Assembly (NCBI GenBank): GCA_016935975.1 | Contig: JAFGPX010000115.1 | Location: 583 to 64,582, forward strand | DNA length: 64,000 nucleotides | Direction: 5' to 3' | Origin: Deltaproteobacteria bacterium | Lineage (GTDB): Bacteria > Myxococcota_A > Polyangia > Fen-1088 | Shown here: piece by piece, positions 1-10,055 of the stretch | Position numbering within the stretch: the stretch's first letter is position 1 | Layout of the letters: every line of letters begins with the position of its first letter | Position numbers and translations under genes: made by a program | The notes under the pieces: model-generated | Seen by the model: the letters and a program-made list of their open reading frames with translations, nothing else | What the model was told of the DNA's origin: nothing | Database searches by the model: none

Positions 1-660
1 CTTGTTGCCTTTCGCGTCCACGACGGCCCGCTCGTCCTGATACCAACACCAGCCGCCATTGCTGTTGAAGGTGAGAAGCGGGCCGTTCGCCACCGCGTCC
101 GCGCCAGTCAGGTTGACCGTGGGTGGCGCGCAGACCGTGCTGCCACCCGCGCCGGTCGCGCCGCCCGTGGCCGCCGTGTTGCCGCCGCCGCCGATCGCGC
201 CTCCCGTCCTTGCGACAGCGTCGGAGCCGCCGTCCCGGCCTGCGGTCGCGCCACCGCTCGACTGGGTGCCGCCACCGCCCGTCGTGCCGCCCGCCATCGT
301 TCCGCCCGAGCGGGTCATGCCGCCCGAGCCCGTCGCGCCGCCTGCGCCGCTCTTGCCGCCCGTTGCCCTGGCACCGCCGCTTGCCGTCGTCCCGCCGGAA
401 GCGGTCGCGCCACCGCCGCCGGACGAGCCACCCGAAGCGGCTTCCCCGCCCGAGCCGGTGACGCCGCCGGAGGCGGTCGCGCCGCCCGAGCCCGAGGAGC
501 CACCGGAGCCGGTCGCGCCGCCCGAGCCCCCACTACCCGTCGTCCCGCCGGTCTCGGTCGACACCGTGGCCCCTGGCTCCGAGCACGCGGCCAGCCAGGG
601 CGAAAGCGCGAAGGCCAGCGCGATTCCTCGTACCAGGCCAAGACGCGTCTCGAAGTTCAT
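1..660 (-). CDS. N-terminal part of a BNR/Asp-box lipoprotein, paralogous to the next gene. The gene continues past the window start.
   Basis: A reverse-strand ATG at 660 is preceded by a GGAGGA ribosome-binding site. The product starts MNFETRLGLVRGIALAFALSPWLAACSEPG, a lipobox signal peptide, followed by a Gly/Ser-rich linker. The DNA at 1-150 is near-identical to 1935-2090 of the downstream paralog. Confidence 0.6.
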   Translation of the reverse strand, partial: MNFETRLGLVRGIALAFALSPWLAACSEPGATVSTETGGTTGSGGSGGATGSGGSSGSGGATASGGVTGSGGEAASGGSSGGGGATASGGTTASGGARATGGKSGAGGATGSGGMTRSGGTMAGGTTGGGGTQSSGGATAGRDGGSDAVARTGGAIGGGGNTAATGGATGAGGSTVCAPPTVNLTGADAVANGPLLTFNSNGGWCWYQDERAVVDAKGNK

Positions 661-764
661 CTGGTTCCTCCATGAGGCGCAAATCGCGCGCAGATCGTCA
701 AGAAATGCGATGTCTGAGATCGAAACGGGTCCTAGATGCTCACCGTACCGCAGGCACGTTCGGA

Positions 765-2625
765 CTACGGACCCGTGATGGTGCCGACGATCGCCATCGT
801 CATGTCCTGCGCCTTCCGGTATTCGCCCTTCATCCACAGCAGCGCGGTGTGCTGGGCGTCCCACTTGGGCACGATCGGACGGTAGTTGTCCTTCTTCTGG
901 CTCGAATTCGCCGTGACCGGCGTCCACATGAACGTGGCGCCGTTGTCGCAGGTGGTGCCGCGCCAGATCTCGCGCCTGCCGCTGGAACCCATGCTGTCGG
1001 TGCTCGGATTGTAGGGCGTCGAGATGTAGACGGTGGTCGGATCGTCGGGGTGGAGCGCCCCGAGACCGGTGTAATCCTGCTCGTCGGCGTAGAGCTTGGT
1101 GCCGGCCTTGGCGAGATAGGTGAGCTTCCACGAGCTGCCGTCGTACCTGGCGTACAGCAGGCGCTTGTCCGGATCGTCCGACCCGGTTCCCGCGACCCGC
1201 GCGGTCCAGATCGCGGCGACGACGCCATCGTCGTACCGGACCAGATCGGCGTTCCACGCGTGGTCCAGCTTCACCCCACCCACCGTGGAACCGGTCGCGA
1301 ACACCTTGGTGTACTTGGTGATGTCCTGGCCGCTCTTGTCGGCCAGCGTCTGATCGACCACCGTCCCGCCGGAGTTGTGGATCTTCCCGTCCTTGACGTA
1401 GCCGTGGTACAGGCTGTTGTTGTTGTCGCGCGGGTGCGCCTCGGTCGCGAAGAAGTCGATGCGATCCGTGTTGTTGCCCCAGTATTTGTAGTAGCCCGCC
1501 ACGTACCCGACCGTCGGAGTGGTGGTCAAACGCCCGCCAAAGCTCCAGCTCGCCCCGTTGTCCTTCGAAATGAGGTAGGCGGGGCTGGTGTCGATCGAGC
1601 GAACGAAGCTGACGAGGTCGCTGCCCAGGTACCACATGTTGGCGTAGGTGATCGAACGCGACCACGGGCAACCCTGCGAAGCCCAGTCGAAGGTCTTCTG
1701 GGCCGCCCAGCTCCCGCCGGTGTACGTGCTGAAGTAGCTCTTGCAGTCCTGATTGTGGCCGGCCCACATCGCGGCGTAGCCGCCGTCCGGCCGCACGACG
1801 AGGGCCGGCGCGTTGTGATCGTCGACACTCATGCTGCCGAGCCTCGTCGGCCCGCTCTTCGAGCCCGACTTGAGGTCGTAGATCACGGCCTCTATGTTGC
1901 CGCTAGGGAAGGACACCGAACCGACGACCAGCTTGCCGCCCTTGACGTCCACCACGGCGCGCTCGTCCTGGTACCAGCACCAGCCGCCGTTCGAGTTGAA
2001 GGTGATGAGCGGGCCATCCGCCACCGCGTCCGTGCCGGTCAGATTGACGGTGGGCGGGGCGCAGGTCGAGCTGCCGCCGGAGCCGGTCGTGCCGCCCGTC
2101 GCGGCGGTGTCGCCGCCGCTGCCGGTGTTGCCGCCCGTGGCTGTCGCGCCGCCTTGCCCGCTGCCCCGGCCGCCGGTCCCGCCCGCCGCGCCGCCTCGGC
2201 CGGTCACGCCGCCTCGGCCAGTCGCGCCGCCCGCGGCGCTCGTGCCGCCGTCCCCGCTTGCACCGCCGTCCGCCCGCGTGCCGCCTGCGCCGACCGTGCC
2301 CCCCGAACCGCTCGCACCGCCCGTGCCAGTGGATCCACCCGTCGACCTGACGCCGCCCGTGCCAGCGCCGCCACCGGAGCTGGTCGTGCCTCCCGAACCC
2401 GCAACACCGCCCGAGCCGGAAACGCCACCAGAATCACCGGCGCCGCCCGCGCCGGAAGTCCCGCCCGAACCGCCGCTGCCCCCGCTGGCTGCCGAGCCGC
2501 CAGAGCCGCCCGCGCCGGTCTTCGTGCTTGTCCCAGGACCCGACTGCGAGCAGCCCACCACAAGCGGGAACAGGAATCCCAGCGCAACGCCGGAGAGGAG
2601 ACGGAAGAACTTCCCAGATCTCATT
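765..2625 (-). CDS. secreted lipoprotein with a Gly/Ser linker and a BNR/Asp-box beta-propeller domain, probably a glycosidase-like fold
   Basis: An ATG at 2625 follows a GGAGGA ribosome-binding site. The signal peptide is MRSGKFFRLLSGVALGFLFPLVVGC with a lipobox. Asp-box motifs such as SKDNGASW and TCDNGATF are present. Third-position GC is high. The ORF-track start at 2798 is an upstream extension. Confidence 0.8.
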
Positions 2626-2762
2626 TGGATCCTCCATTGATTGGCGCTGGTCAGCACCGAGGAACGGCCACCAGACAACGCCTGGATTTCGCTGTGCGTG
2701 TCACACTGCTTTCTACGGGAGACAACAGTTAGTGTGCGCCATCGGCGGGAGGTATTCCAATA

Positions 2763-2807
2763 GTCAACTCGTGCCCTAGGCGGCGGTCCGACGGTCAACT
2801 CGTGCCC
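2763..2807. promoter_or_regulatory. direct repeat GTCAACTCGTGCCC x2, 31 bp centre-to-centre, in the divergent promoter region
   Basis: The 14-mer occurs exactly at 2763-2776 and 2794-2807, between the divergently transcribed gene starts at 2625 (-) and 2883 (+). Confidence 0.3.
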
Positions 2808-2882
2808 ACCCTTGACGCGCTCGGCTCATCGCGGCGCCAAGCTCCTTCCCGACACCGTCCGCCACCTGATACCGTCCCCGTC

Positions 2883-4736
2883 ATGCCCCGAGGAACTACG
2901 GCCCGGGCCGAAAGCGTGCTCCTCAGACCGGCGGACCCGTTCGACCTCATCCGCTGGCTGGCCCGCAGCCAGAGCGATCCGCGCAAGGCGGTCGCCGAGC
3001 TGGTGCAAAACTCCATCGACGCGCGAGCTCGGCGGATCCTCATCGAGCGCCGGCGGGTGCGTCGCTCGCCCGCGCTGGCCATCCGCGACGACGGCGAGGG
3101 CGTGCTGCCCGAGCTTCCGCGCGAGGACGCTTTGCGCACCATCGCGACGAACATCGGTACTTCGCGCAAGCGCAACCTGACGCCGCTCGAGCGGCACGCC
3201 CAGGTGGTGGCGGGCAAGTACGGCATCGGGCTGCTCGGTTTCTGGTCGGTGGGACGGCGAATGGACATCCGCTCGCGCGTCCACGGCTCGGAGGTGTTCG
3301 TGCTGCGCCTGCGCGAGGACGAGGAACGCGCCGAGATCTTCCGCGACCGCATGGCCATGGACAGCGAATCGACCTTCACCGAGGTCGTCATCACCGAGGT
3401 GCATGCCGCCGCCGCCAGGATCTTGTCCGGCCGCAGGCTTTCCGAGTACCTGTCGGCCGAGCTGCGCGGCCCCCTGCTGGCCACCGGCGCCGACGTCTCC
3501 ATCCACGATGGGCTGGCGCGCGGCTTGGCGCCGAAGCATTTCCGCGTGGTTCCCAGACGCTACACGGGCGAACCCTTGAACCTGCCCGCCACGGTCGAAG
3601 TCCCCGGCTACTCCGCCATGCGCATCGAGCTCTATTTCGCGCGCGGCGCCGAGCGACCAGCGGTAGAGCTCGCCTGCGCCGGCACGCTGGTGGCCGATGA
3701 CCTCGGCGGCCTCGCATCCCTGGGCCTGGCCGAGCCGCCCTGGCTTGGCCGCGGTCTCTCCGGACTCATCGACTTCGCGGATTTCGCGGTTCCACCCGGC
3801 ACCCGCCGCGGGGTGGTGCCCGATGCGGCCGCCGAGGCCTTTGCCCGCGCGCTCGGCGAGCTGGCGCCGCTCGTCTCGGCCGAGTTGGACCGCATGGACC
3901 GAGAGCGCGGCGCGGCCGCCAACCGGCAGGTCATGAACGACCTGCGGCGCGCCTTCCGCGGCCTGCGCAACCGGCTGCCGCAGTACGAGCTGCCCGCGGT
4001 CGAGGGCGAGGGCGAAGCTGCGGCCTCGCGCACGTCCGGCATCCTGCCGCTCGGCGAGTCTCCCGGCGCCGACCCGGCCGAGGACCCTCCCGGCGAAGGC
4101 GGAGACGACGGCGAAACCGGCGCCGGCCCCGCGCTGGAGCTGTTTCCTCCCGGCCCGCTCGCCGCCGTGACCATCACGCCCGCCGAGCTGGCGATTGCGG
4201 CCGGTCGCGAGCGCCGCGTGCGAGCGGTGGCGACAGACGACGCCGGTCGCGCGCTGGGCGCCGCGCCCGATCTCACCTTCGCCTGGAGCGCCAATCCGGA
4301 CGTGCTCTCGATCGTGGGGGGCGGGCCGCGCCCCGCGCTCCTGGCCGCCGCGACCGCGCGGCCCGGCATGCGCGAAACCTTCCAGGTCCTCGCCCGGCAA
4401 GGCGAACGCGTGGCCACGGCGGGCGCGACCGCGACGGTCGTGGACCCGGCCGATGTGGAGGCCGGCGGCAAGCTCGGCATCCCCGAGCCCGAGTTGCTCG
4501 ACGAGCCAGGGGCGGGTTGGCGCAGCCGATTCCTCGGACAGCGCTGGCAGGTCAACTCAGGCCACGAGGATTTCGCCGCCCTGGCGGGCGACGCCAAAAG
4601 CCGGTTGCGCTACCTTCTCACCTTGTTGGCCAAGGAGATCGTCGCGCGCACGCACGGCGGCCCCGGCGCAGACAGCGCGCTCGAGGGCTTGGTCGAGATC
4701 CTGGCCCACACCGAGCGCAATTTGCGCGGGGGGTAG
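2883..4736 (+). CDS. standalone GHKL (Bergerat-fold, MutL/MORC-type) ATPase with a C-terminal Ig-like (Big_2-like) region
   Basis: The N-box AVAELVQNSIDA, the G1 box IRDDGEGV and the G2 box GKYGIGLLGF appear in the correct order. A C-terminal stretch TITPAELAIAAGRERRVRAVATDDAGRALGAAPDLTFAWSANPDVLSIV resembles Big_2. The start is uncertain: GTG at 2802 or ATG at 2883. Confidence 0.7.
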   Translation: MPRGTTARAESVLLRPADPFDLIRWLARSQSDPRKAVAELVQNSIDARARRILIERRRVRRSPALAIRDDGEGVLPELPREDALRTIATNIGTSRKRNLTPLERHAQVVAGKYGIGLLGFWSVGRRMDIRSRVHGSEVFVLRLREDEERAEIFRDRMAMDSESTFTEVVITEVHAAAARILSGRRLSEYLSAELRGPLLATGADVSIHDGLARGLAPKHFRVVPRRYTGEPLNLPATVEVPGYSAMRIELYFARGAERPAVELACAGTLVADDLGGLASLGLAEPPWLGRGLSGLIDFADFAVPPGTRRGVVPDAAAEAFARALGELAPLVSAELDRMDRERGAAANRQVMNDLRRAFRGLRNRLPQYELPAVEGEGEAAASRTSGILPLGESPGADPAEDPPGEGGDDGETGAGPALELFPPGPLAAVTITPAELAIAAGRERRVRAVATDDAGRALGAAPDLTFAWSANPDVLSIVGGGPRPALLAAATARPGMRETFQVLARQGERVATAGATATVVDPADVEAGGKLGIPEPELLDEPGAGWRSRFLGQRWQVNSGHEDFAALAGDAKSRLRYLLTLLAKEIVARTHGGPGADSALEGLVEILAHTERNLRGG

Positions 4737-4859
4737 AAACCGCAAAGGGCACGAAGAAGGCAGAAAGCACACAGCCGGAAACCAAGGGAGCCGCCAACGT
4801 GGGATCCGGATTTCCACTCCTTGCCGCGCGCCTTCCCCTGCGCTCTCCGTGTCTTCCGT

Positions 4860-6020
4860 CTAGCCCGCCGGCAGCGTCAAGGTGAAGGTCGTGCCGTCGG
4901 CAGGCGTGCTCGAAAAAGCGACCCGACCTCCCAGGTACTGCTCGGCCAAAAGGCGCATGCCGTAGGTGCCTAGACCGTGACCAGGCTCGCTCTTCGTGGA
5001 GAACGAGCGTTGGAAGATGCGCGGCACGACCTGCGCAGGGATCACGCCCGGGTTGTGCACCGAGAAACACGGCGTCCCTGCCCGAACCTCGTAGCGTACG
5101 ACCACGCTGCCACCGGCCCCCGTGGCCTCGAGCGCGTTGGTGACCATGTTGCCCAGGATACGCAGCACGAGGCTCCGATCCGAGACTGGCGGCACGGCCC
5201 CGGCCGGGAACCGAATCACGATGTTCTTGCCCTCCCCGCACGGCTGCCGCGAAAACATCTCGCCGAGCGCACGAGCCAGCGCGGGCAAGTCGAGCGCGGC
5301 CGGGGTGACGACCAGCTCCCCCTTCTCGGCCTGCAGAAGCAGCCTGTGACCGGCGAGCTGCTCGCGTAGCTGCAAGGCCAGCGTGCGGATGGACGAAACC
5401 GCCTCCGCAGAAGGCTCGTGCAGCAGAACCTCGCTCCAGGTAATGATGCCCCCGAGTATGTTGCGGGCATCGTGCAAGAAAGCCTGCTCCAGCACGCCCC
5501 GTCGCTTCTCATCGCTGATGTCCTGCAGAGCGAACACCACGAGATCGACGCCGGCAAGGCAGAGAGGCGTGGCCTTGACGCGAAACTCGACGCTCGCGCG
5601 CCGGTTCTCCCGCCGTATGCCGATCCAGCATTCCTCGTACTTCGAGTTGCCGCAGCGCTGCGCCGACAGGATGGCCAGGACGGCTCCGCAGTGCGAGCAC
5701 GCGCGCGAAGTGCCGCAGCCGCCGGGGCCTTCGGCGGCGTGCTCGCAGCCCAGGGCCTCGCCCGGCCGCTTGCCCACGTAGTCTCGCATGTCGCACGCCG
5801 CAAGCGCCTCTTCGAACTCCGGGCTGGCCGCCAGGATCTGTCGCTCGCGGTTGAGCACCAGGATCTGCCCGCAGAAGGATTCGAGCACGGCTTCGATCAC
5901 GGGATGATGGATGACCAGGGCGACTTGCTCCGCAAGCTCTTCTTCCGAAGCTCGCTCTGCGGAAGCAAAGTAGGTCTTCGCCCCTTCCTCGCTCGGTGCC
6001 TGCGGATTCCTCTCTGTCAT
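4860..6020 (-). CDS. sensor histidine kinase with a Cys-rich N-terminal sensor, HisKA and HATPase_c domains
   Basis: The H-box is LHDARNILGGI. The ATPase motifs are LRILGNMVTNALEAT and GHGLGTYGMRLL. A CSHCG/CGNS cysteine cluster lies in the sensor region. A GGGAGG ribosome-binding site precedes the ATG at 6020. Confidence 0.85.
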   Translation of the reverse strand: MTERNPQAPSEEGAKTYFASAERASEEELAEQVALVIHHPVIEAVLESFCGQILVLNRERQILAASPEFEEALAACDMRDYVGKRPGEALGCEHAAEGPGGCGTSRACSHCGAVLAILSAQRCGNSKYEECWIGIRRENRRASVEFRVKATPLCLAGVDLVVFALQDISDEKRRGVLEQAFLHDARNILGGIITWSEVLLHEPSAEAVSSIRTLALQLREQLAGHRLLLQAEKGELVVTPAALDLPALARALGEMFSRQPCGEGKNIVIRFPAGAVPPVSDRSLVLRILGNMVTNALEATGAGGSVVVRYEVRAGTPCFSVHNPGVIPAQVVPRIFQRSFSTKSEPGHGLGTYGMRLLAEQYLGGRVAFSSTPADGTTFTLTLPAG

Positions 6021-6091
6021 CCCTGCCTCCCGGCCAGCCGGCGCCGGCCAACGCCGCGGCGGTCTCGCCGCCCGGCTAGACGATAAGGATA

Positions 6092-6715
6092 CTACAGCAC
6101 CCTGGGCCTATCCCCAGGATCCGCAGCCGCCAGCTCGTGGAGGATGCGCAGCACCTGCATCCGCGTATCGTCAAGGCTACCGCTGCTGTCGACCACATAG
6201 TCCGCCACGCGAACCTTCTCGGCCAGGGGATACTGGGCGCGGATGCGCTCGAGCGCGCTGGCGCGCGAGCAGGCGTCGCGCGCCATTGCCCGCTCGATCT
6301 GTGCCTCCTCGCTCGCCACAACGACGACCAAGCCATCGAGTTGCGCGTGGTAGCCCGTCTCGACCAGCAGCGCGGCCTCGACAAAGACCAGGCGGTTGCC
6401 GGCCGCGGCCAGTGTCGCGGCCTGGGCGGCGATGTGCTCGCGGATCCTCGGGTGGGTGATGGCCTCCAGGCGCCGCTTGCTCGGTTCGTCGGAAAAAACG
6501 ATGGCAGCCAGACGCTTGCGATCGATACGCCCGTCGCTGGCAACCACCTGCGGCCAGGACCGCGCGATTTCGGCGTGGGCCGGCAGACCGGGCTCGACCA
6601 CCTGGCGAGCGAGCGTGTCGGCGTCGATGACCGGCACCCCCGCCTCGCGAATCATCCCGGCCACCGTGGATTTGCCCGAACCGATGCCACCGGTCAGGCC
6701 GACAAGCTTTGCCAT
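6092..6715 (-). CDS. coaE: dephospho-CoA kinase
   Basis: MAKLVGLTGGIGSGKSTVAGMI contains the P-loop, and the length is typical for CoaE. The ATG at 6715 is internal to the longer ORF in the track. Confidence 0.85.
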   Translation of the reverse strand: MAKLVGLTGGIGSGKSTVAGMIREAGVPVIDADTLARQVVEPGLPAHAEIARSWPQVVASDGRIDRKRLAAIVFSDEPSKRRLEAITHPRIREHIAAQAATLAAAGNRLVFVEAALLVETGYHAQLDGLVVVVASEEAQIERAMARDACSRASALERIRAQYPLAEKVRVADYVVDSSGSLDDTRMQVLRILHELAAADPGDRPRVL

Positions 6716-6758
6716 GGTTCGCCCAAGTCTACCGGGATCCGCGTAGACTGGGCAGACC

Positions 6759-7415
6759 ATGTCCGATGCCCCGCCGGTCACCGTCCTTTCTGCCCGGTTC
6801 GTCGCGGAAGCACGCGACGTGGCGCAACTGCCGCCGGCCGGCCCGCCCGAGGTAGCCATCGCCGGGCGCTCCAACGTAGGCAAATCCACCTTGCTCAATC
6901 GCATGGCGGGGCGGCACGGCCTGGCCCGCGTGTCGAAGAGGCCGGGGCGCACGCGCGGACTGGTGCTCTTCGACCTCGAGGTGCGCCCGCCAAGCGGTGC
7001 TGGCCGGGGCGCCGGGTTCGGCCAGAGACTGCGCCTCGTCGATCTGCCCGGCTACGGCTACGCGCAGGCTTCCCAAGCCGAGCGCCGTGCTTGGCAGGTG
7101 CTGGTCGAAGGCTACGTCAGACGCAAGGGCGCGCTCCGGCTCGTCCTCGTGCTGGTGGACGCCCGCCGCGAGCTCGGCCCCGAGGAGCACCAACTCATGG
7201 ACTGGCTGCGGACGATGCAGGTGCCCTGTCATCTGGTCGTCACCAAGGCCGACAAGCTGCGTGCCTCCGCGCGCGGCGTGCTGCGCCAACGCCTGCGCAA
7301 GCAGGCAGCGGCCTCGGACACCATGGTTTCCCTTGTCTCCGGCGCGACCGGTGAAGGCGTGGACGCCCTCTGGTCGCGAATTGCCCACGCCATCGGCGAG
7401 CCCCGGGCGACGTGA
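6759..7415 (+). CDS. engB: ribosome biogenesis GTP-binding protein YsxC/EngB
   Basis: G1 is GRSNVGKSTLLN and G3 is DLPGYGYA. The length is about 218 aa. Confidence 0.85.
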   Translation: MSDAPPVTVLSARFVAEARDVAQLPPAGPPEVAIAGRSNVGKSTLLNRMAGRHGLARVSKRPGRTRGLVLFDLEVRPPSGAGRGAGFGQRLRLVDLPGYGYAQASQAERRAWQVLVEGYVRRKGALRLVLVLVDARRELGPEEHQLMDWLRTMQVPCHLVVTKADKLRASARGVLRQRLRKQAAASDTMVSLVSGATGEGVDALWSRIAHAIGEPRAT

Positions 7416-7462
7416 CGACTGTATCGGGATAGGAGCGGCTCGCGTCCTTGCCAGGTTGAACC

Positions 7463-7936
7463 TTGTCAGACCAAGAAGGACCCGACGACTACGTTCTCGC
7501 CAGCGGCACCGAAGCCGATTTGGATGCCGTCTGCGCCATAGAGCGTCTCTCCTCTCCCTCGCCCTGGCCACGCCAGGCCTTCGTCGATGAGCTGGCCCGG
7601 CCCTGGGCGCGACTCGAGGTCTTGCGCCACCCCGCAACTGGCCGGGTGGCGGCCTTCTGCAACTACTGGTTGGTCGCGGACGAGCTGCACATCCTCAACG
7701 TGGCTGTTCTCCCGGAAGAGCGCCGGCGAGGTCACGCCGCGCGCCTGCTGCGCCACATCCTCGAGCAAGCGGCGCGGGGCAAAGTCCGCGTGCTCTCCCT
7801 GGAGGTGCGCGTCTCCAACCTGGCCGCCGCCAACCTCTACCGCAAGTTCGGCTTCCGCGAGGTGGGCCTTCGCCCGAAGTACTACGCCGACAGCGGCGAG
7901 GACGCCTTGCTCATGGATCTGGAGCCGCCGACCTGA
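7463..7936 (+). CDS. rimI: GNAT-family N-acetyltransferase, RimI-like ribosomal-protein-alanine acetyltransferase
   Basis: The acetyl-CoA binding motif reads [10 protein letters not shown]. The length is about 157 aa. Confidence 0.65.
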   Translation: MSDQEGPDDYVLASGTEADLDAVCAIERLSSPSPWPRQAFVDELARPWARLEVLRHPATGRVAAFCNYWLVADELHILNVAVLPEERRRGHAARLLRHILEQAARGKVRVLSLEVRVSNLAAANLYRKFGFREVGLRPKYYADSGEDALLMDLEPPT

Positions 7937-8001
7937 AGCGGCCCTCGCGGGCCGACAAGCGAGAGCGAGCGCCGCCACGCGGGCAAGCCGCGCGGTCCGC
8001 T

Positions 8002-9084
8002 TTGCCGACTTCCGCCGGCCGTGGCATCCTGTGGCCGATGTCTGGGTCCATGCCCGTGCCGAGCCTTCCCGCGTCCGTGCCCCCCACGGCCGGCGAGAGC
8101 TCCGGCCGCGACGTCGCCATGGTCCGCGAGCTGGCCGAGGCCCATCGCCAGCTCGTCGCCGAGATCGGCAAGCGCATCGTTGGCCAGCACGAAGTCATCG
8201 AGCACCTGCTCGTCGCCCTTTTCGCCCGCGGCCACGGCCTCTTCGTCGGCGTGCCCGGCCTCGCCAAGACCCTGCTCATCAACACCTTGGCCGAGACGCT
8301 CGATCTGTCGTTCGGCCGCATCCAGTTCACGCCCGACATGATGCCCTCGGACATCACTGGCTCGGATGTCCTGGAAGAGGATCGCACGAGCGGCCGCCGC
8401 CTGTTCCGCTTCGTGCGCGGTCCCATCTTCACCCATGTCCTGCTCGCCGACGAAATCAACCGCACCCCGCCCAAGACGCAGGCCGCACTCCTGCAATCCA
8501 TGCAGGAGTATCGCGTCTCCGCCGGCGGCAACACCTATGAGCTGCCGCTGCCGTTCCTCGTCTTCGCCACCCAGAATCCCATCGAGCAAGAGGGCACCTA
8601 TCCCCTGCCCGAGGCGCAGCTCGACCGCTTCATGTTCCAGATCGGGGTGAGCTACCCGAGCGCCGCCGAGGAAGTCCGCATTGCAGCCCAAACCGCTGCC
8701 GTGCGCGGCCAACCCTTGCGCAAGATCCTGAACCCGGCGCGCATCGTGGCACTGCAGGATCTCGTGCTGCGCGTCCCGGTCGCCGAACACGTGCTCGCTC
8801 ACGCCGTGGCCATCTGCCGCGCCACGCGCCCGGGGCCGGAGGCAAGCCCTCTCGTGCGCAAGTACGTTTCGTGGGGCGCCGGCCCGCGCGCTTCGCAGCA
8901 CCTGGTCCTTGCCGCCAAGACCCGAGCCGTGCTCGATGGCCGCTTCGCCGCAGCCGTCGAGGACGTGCGCCGGTTGGCCGCGCCCGTGCTCTCCCACCGC
9001 ATCGTCCGCAACTTCCACGCCGAGGCCGATGGCGTGCGCAGCAACGATCTCATCACGTCCGTCGTCGAATCGGTCCCCGCGTAG
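8002..9084 (+). CDS. MoxR-family AAA+ ATPase
   Basis: Walker A is GVPGLAKT and Walker B is VLLADEINR, followed by the MoxR-specific C-terminal region. The start may be an internal Met at 8038 or 8050. Confidence 0.85.
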   Translation: MPTSAGRGILWPMSGSMPVPSLPASVPPTAGESSGRDVAMVRELAEAHRQLVAEIGKRIVGQHEVIEHLLVALFARGHGLFVGVPGLAKTLLINTLAETLDLSFGRIQFTPDMMPSDITGSDVLEEDRTSGRRLFRFVRGPIFTHVLLADEINRTPPKTQAALLQSMQEYRVSAGGNTYELPLPFLVFATQNPIEQEGTYPLPEAQLDRFMFQIGVSYPSAAEEVRIAAQTAAVRGQPLRKILNPARIVALQDLVLRVPVAEHVLAHAVAICRATRPGPEASPLVRKYVSWGAGPRASQHLVLAAKTRAVLDGRFAAAVEDVRRLAAPVLSHRIVRNFHAEADGVRSNDLITSVVESVPA

Positions 9085-9092
9085 GCGCCGCC

Positions 9093-10055
9093 GTGCCCAA
9101 CCCAGGCAGCGCCGTGCCCCACCCCGCGCCCGACCAGCACCTGGGCCTGCTCGCGCCGGTGGATTTGGCCAAGCTCGCCTCTCTCGCCGTGCGGGCGCGC
9201 ACCATCGTCGAGGGCGCTCTGGCGGGCGCGCACCGCAACCTGCACCCCGGCACCTCTCTGGAGTTCACCGAGCACAAGGAATACGCGCCGGGGGACGACG
9301 TCCGTCGCATCGACTGGAAAGCGGTGGCGCGCACCGATCGCTACTCCATCAAGCGCTTCGAGGACGAGACCGAGCTGCGCATGCTGCTCGTGCTCGACAC
9401 GTCGGCCTCCATGGGCTACCGCCGCAGCTCCGTCTCGAAGCTCGAATACGCAACCTACCTGGCCGCCGCCCTGGCCTATCTCGTGGGCCAGCAGCGCGAT
9501 GCCGCCGGCTTGTTCGCCTTCGACTCCGAGCCGCGCGCCGTTCTCCCGCCCTCGACGCGGCCCGGACAAGTCCGCGAGGTGCTTGCCGCTCTCGAAGGAC
9601 TGCGCCCCGCCGGCAGAGCCAACCCCGGCCGGGCCCTCGAACGGGCCGCCGAGCTGTGCGACAAGCGCGGCCTGATCGTGCTGTTTTCCGATCTGCTCGA
9701 TATGGAGGACGAGGTCGTCGGCGAGACAGCGGCCGGGCCGCTGGCCGAACGCCTGCGGCAACTGCGCGGCCGCGGCCACGACGTGTCGCTCTTTCACGTG
9801 CTCGATGCGGATGAAGTCGATCTGCCCTTCGAGGATCTGACCTTTTTCGAAGGCATGGAGCCCGACGACAAGCGCTCCCTGCTCGCCGAGCCGCACGACC
9901 TGGCGCCGGCCTTTCGCGAGGAGTCTGCCCTGTTCCGCCGGCGCTGGCAGACTCTGGCCCGCGAGGCGCGGATGGAATACCGCTTCGCCCGCACGGACAC
10001 GCCGCCGGTCGAGATCCTCGCCCCTTATCTGGCCGAGCGCGCCGGGAGTGTCTAG
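9093..10055 (+). CDS. DUF58 domain protein, the VWA-like partner of MoxR
   Basis: It reads FTEHKEYAPGDDVRRIDWKAVARTDRYSIKRFEDE...LVLDTSASM. It lies immediately downstream of the MoxR gene. The start is an assumed GTG, because no in-frame ATG follows the MoxR stop. Confidence 0.7.
   Translation: MPNPGSAVPHPAPDQHLGLLAPVDLAKLASLAVRARTIVEGALAGAHRNLHPGTSLEFTEHKEYAPGDDVRRIDWKAVARTDRYSIKRFEDETELRMLLVLDTSASMGYRRSSVSKLEYATYLAAALAYLVGQQRDAAGLFAFDSEPRAVLPPSTRPGQVREVLAALEGLRPAGRANPGRALERAAELCDKRGLIVLFSDLLDMEDEVVGETAAGPLAERLRQLRGRGHDVSLFHVLDADEVDLPFEDLTFFEGMEPDDKRSLLAEPHDLAPAFREESALFRRRWQTLAREARMEYRFARTDTPPVEILAPYLAERAGSV

Noticed and set aside
59-778. The 239-aa Pro/Ala-rich ORF on the plus strand (PPVAPPVAAV...). 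The similar 1894..2640 and 315..641 ORFs belong with it.
   Set aside because: These are antisense readings of the (GGC/GCC)-rich Gly/Ser linker codons of the minus-strand BNR lipoprotein genes. The amino-acid composition is pure low complexity and the opposite strand has clear homology.
672-2732. 686-aa plus-strand ORF rich in Arg/Ala/Gly
   Set aside because: It is antisense to the well-supported BNR lipoprotein gene. It lacks a ribosome-binding site. Its amino-acid composition is typical of spurious frames in GC-rich DNA.
2826-4400. 524-aa minus-strand ORF overlapping the GHKL ATPase gene. The 3632..4597 minus-strand ORF belongs with it.
   Set aside because: It is an Arg/Gly/Ala-rich antisense frame. 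The plus-strand frame carries ordered GHKL motifs.
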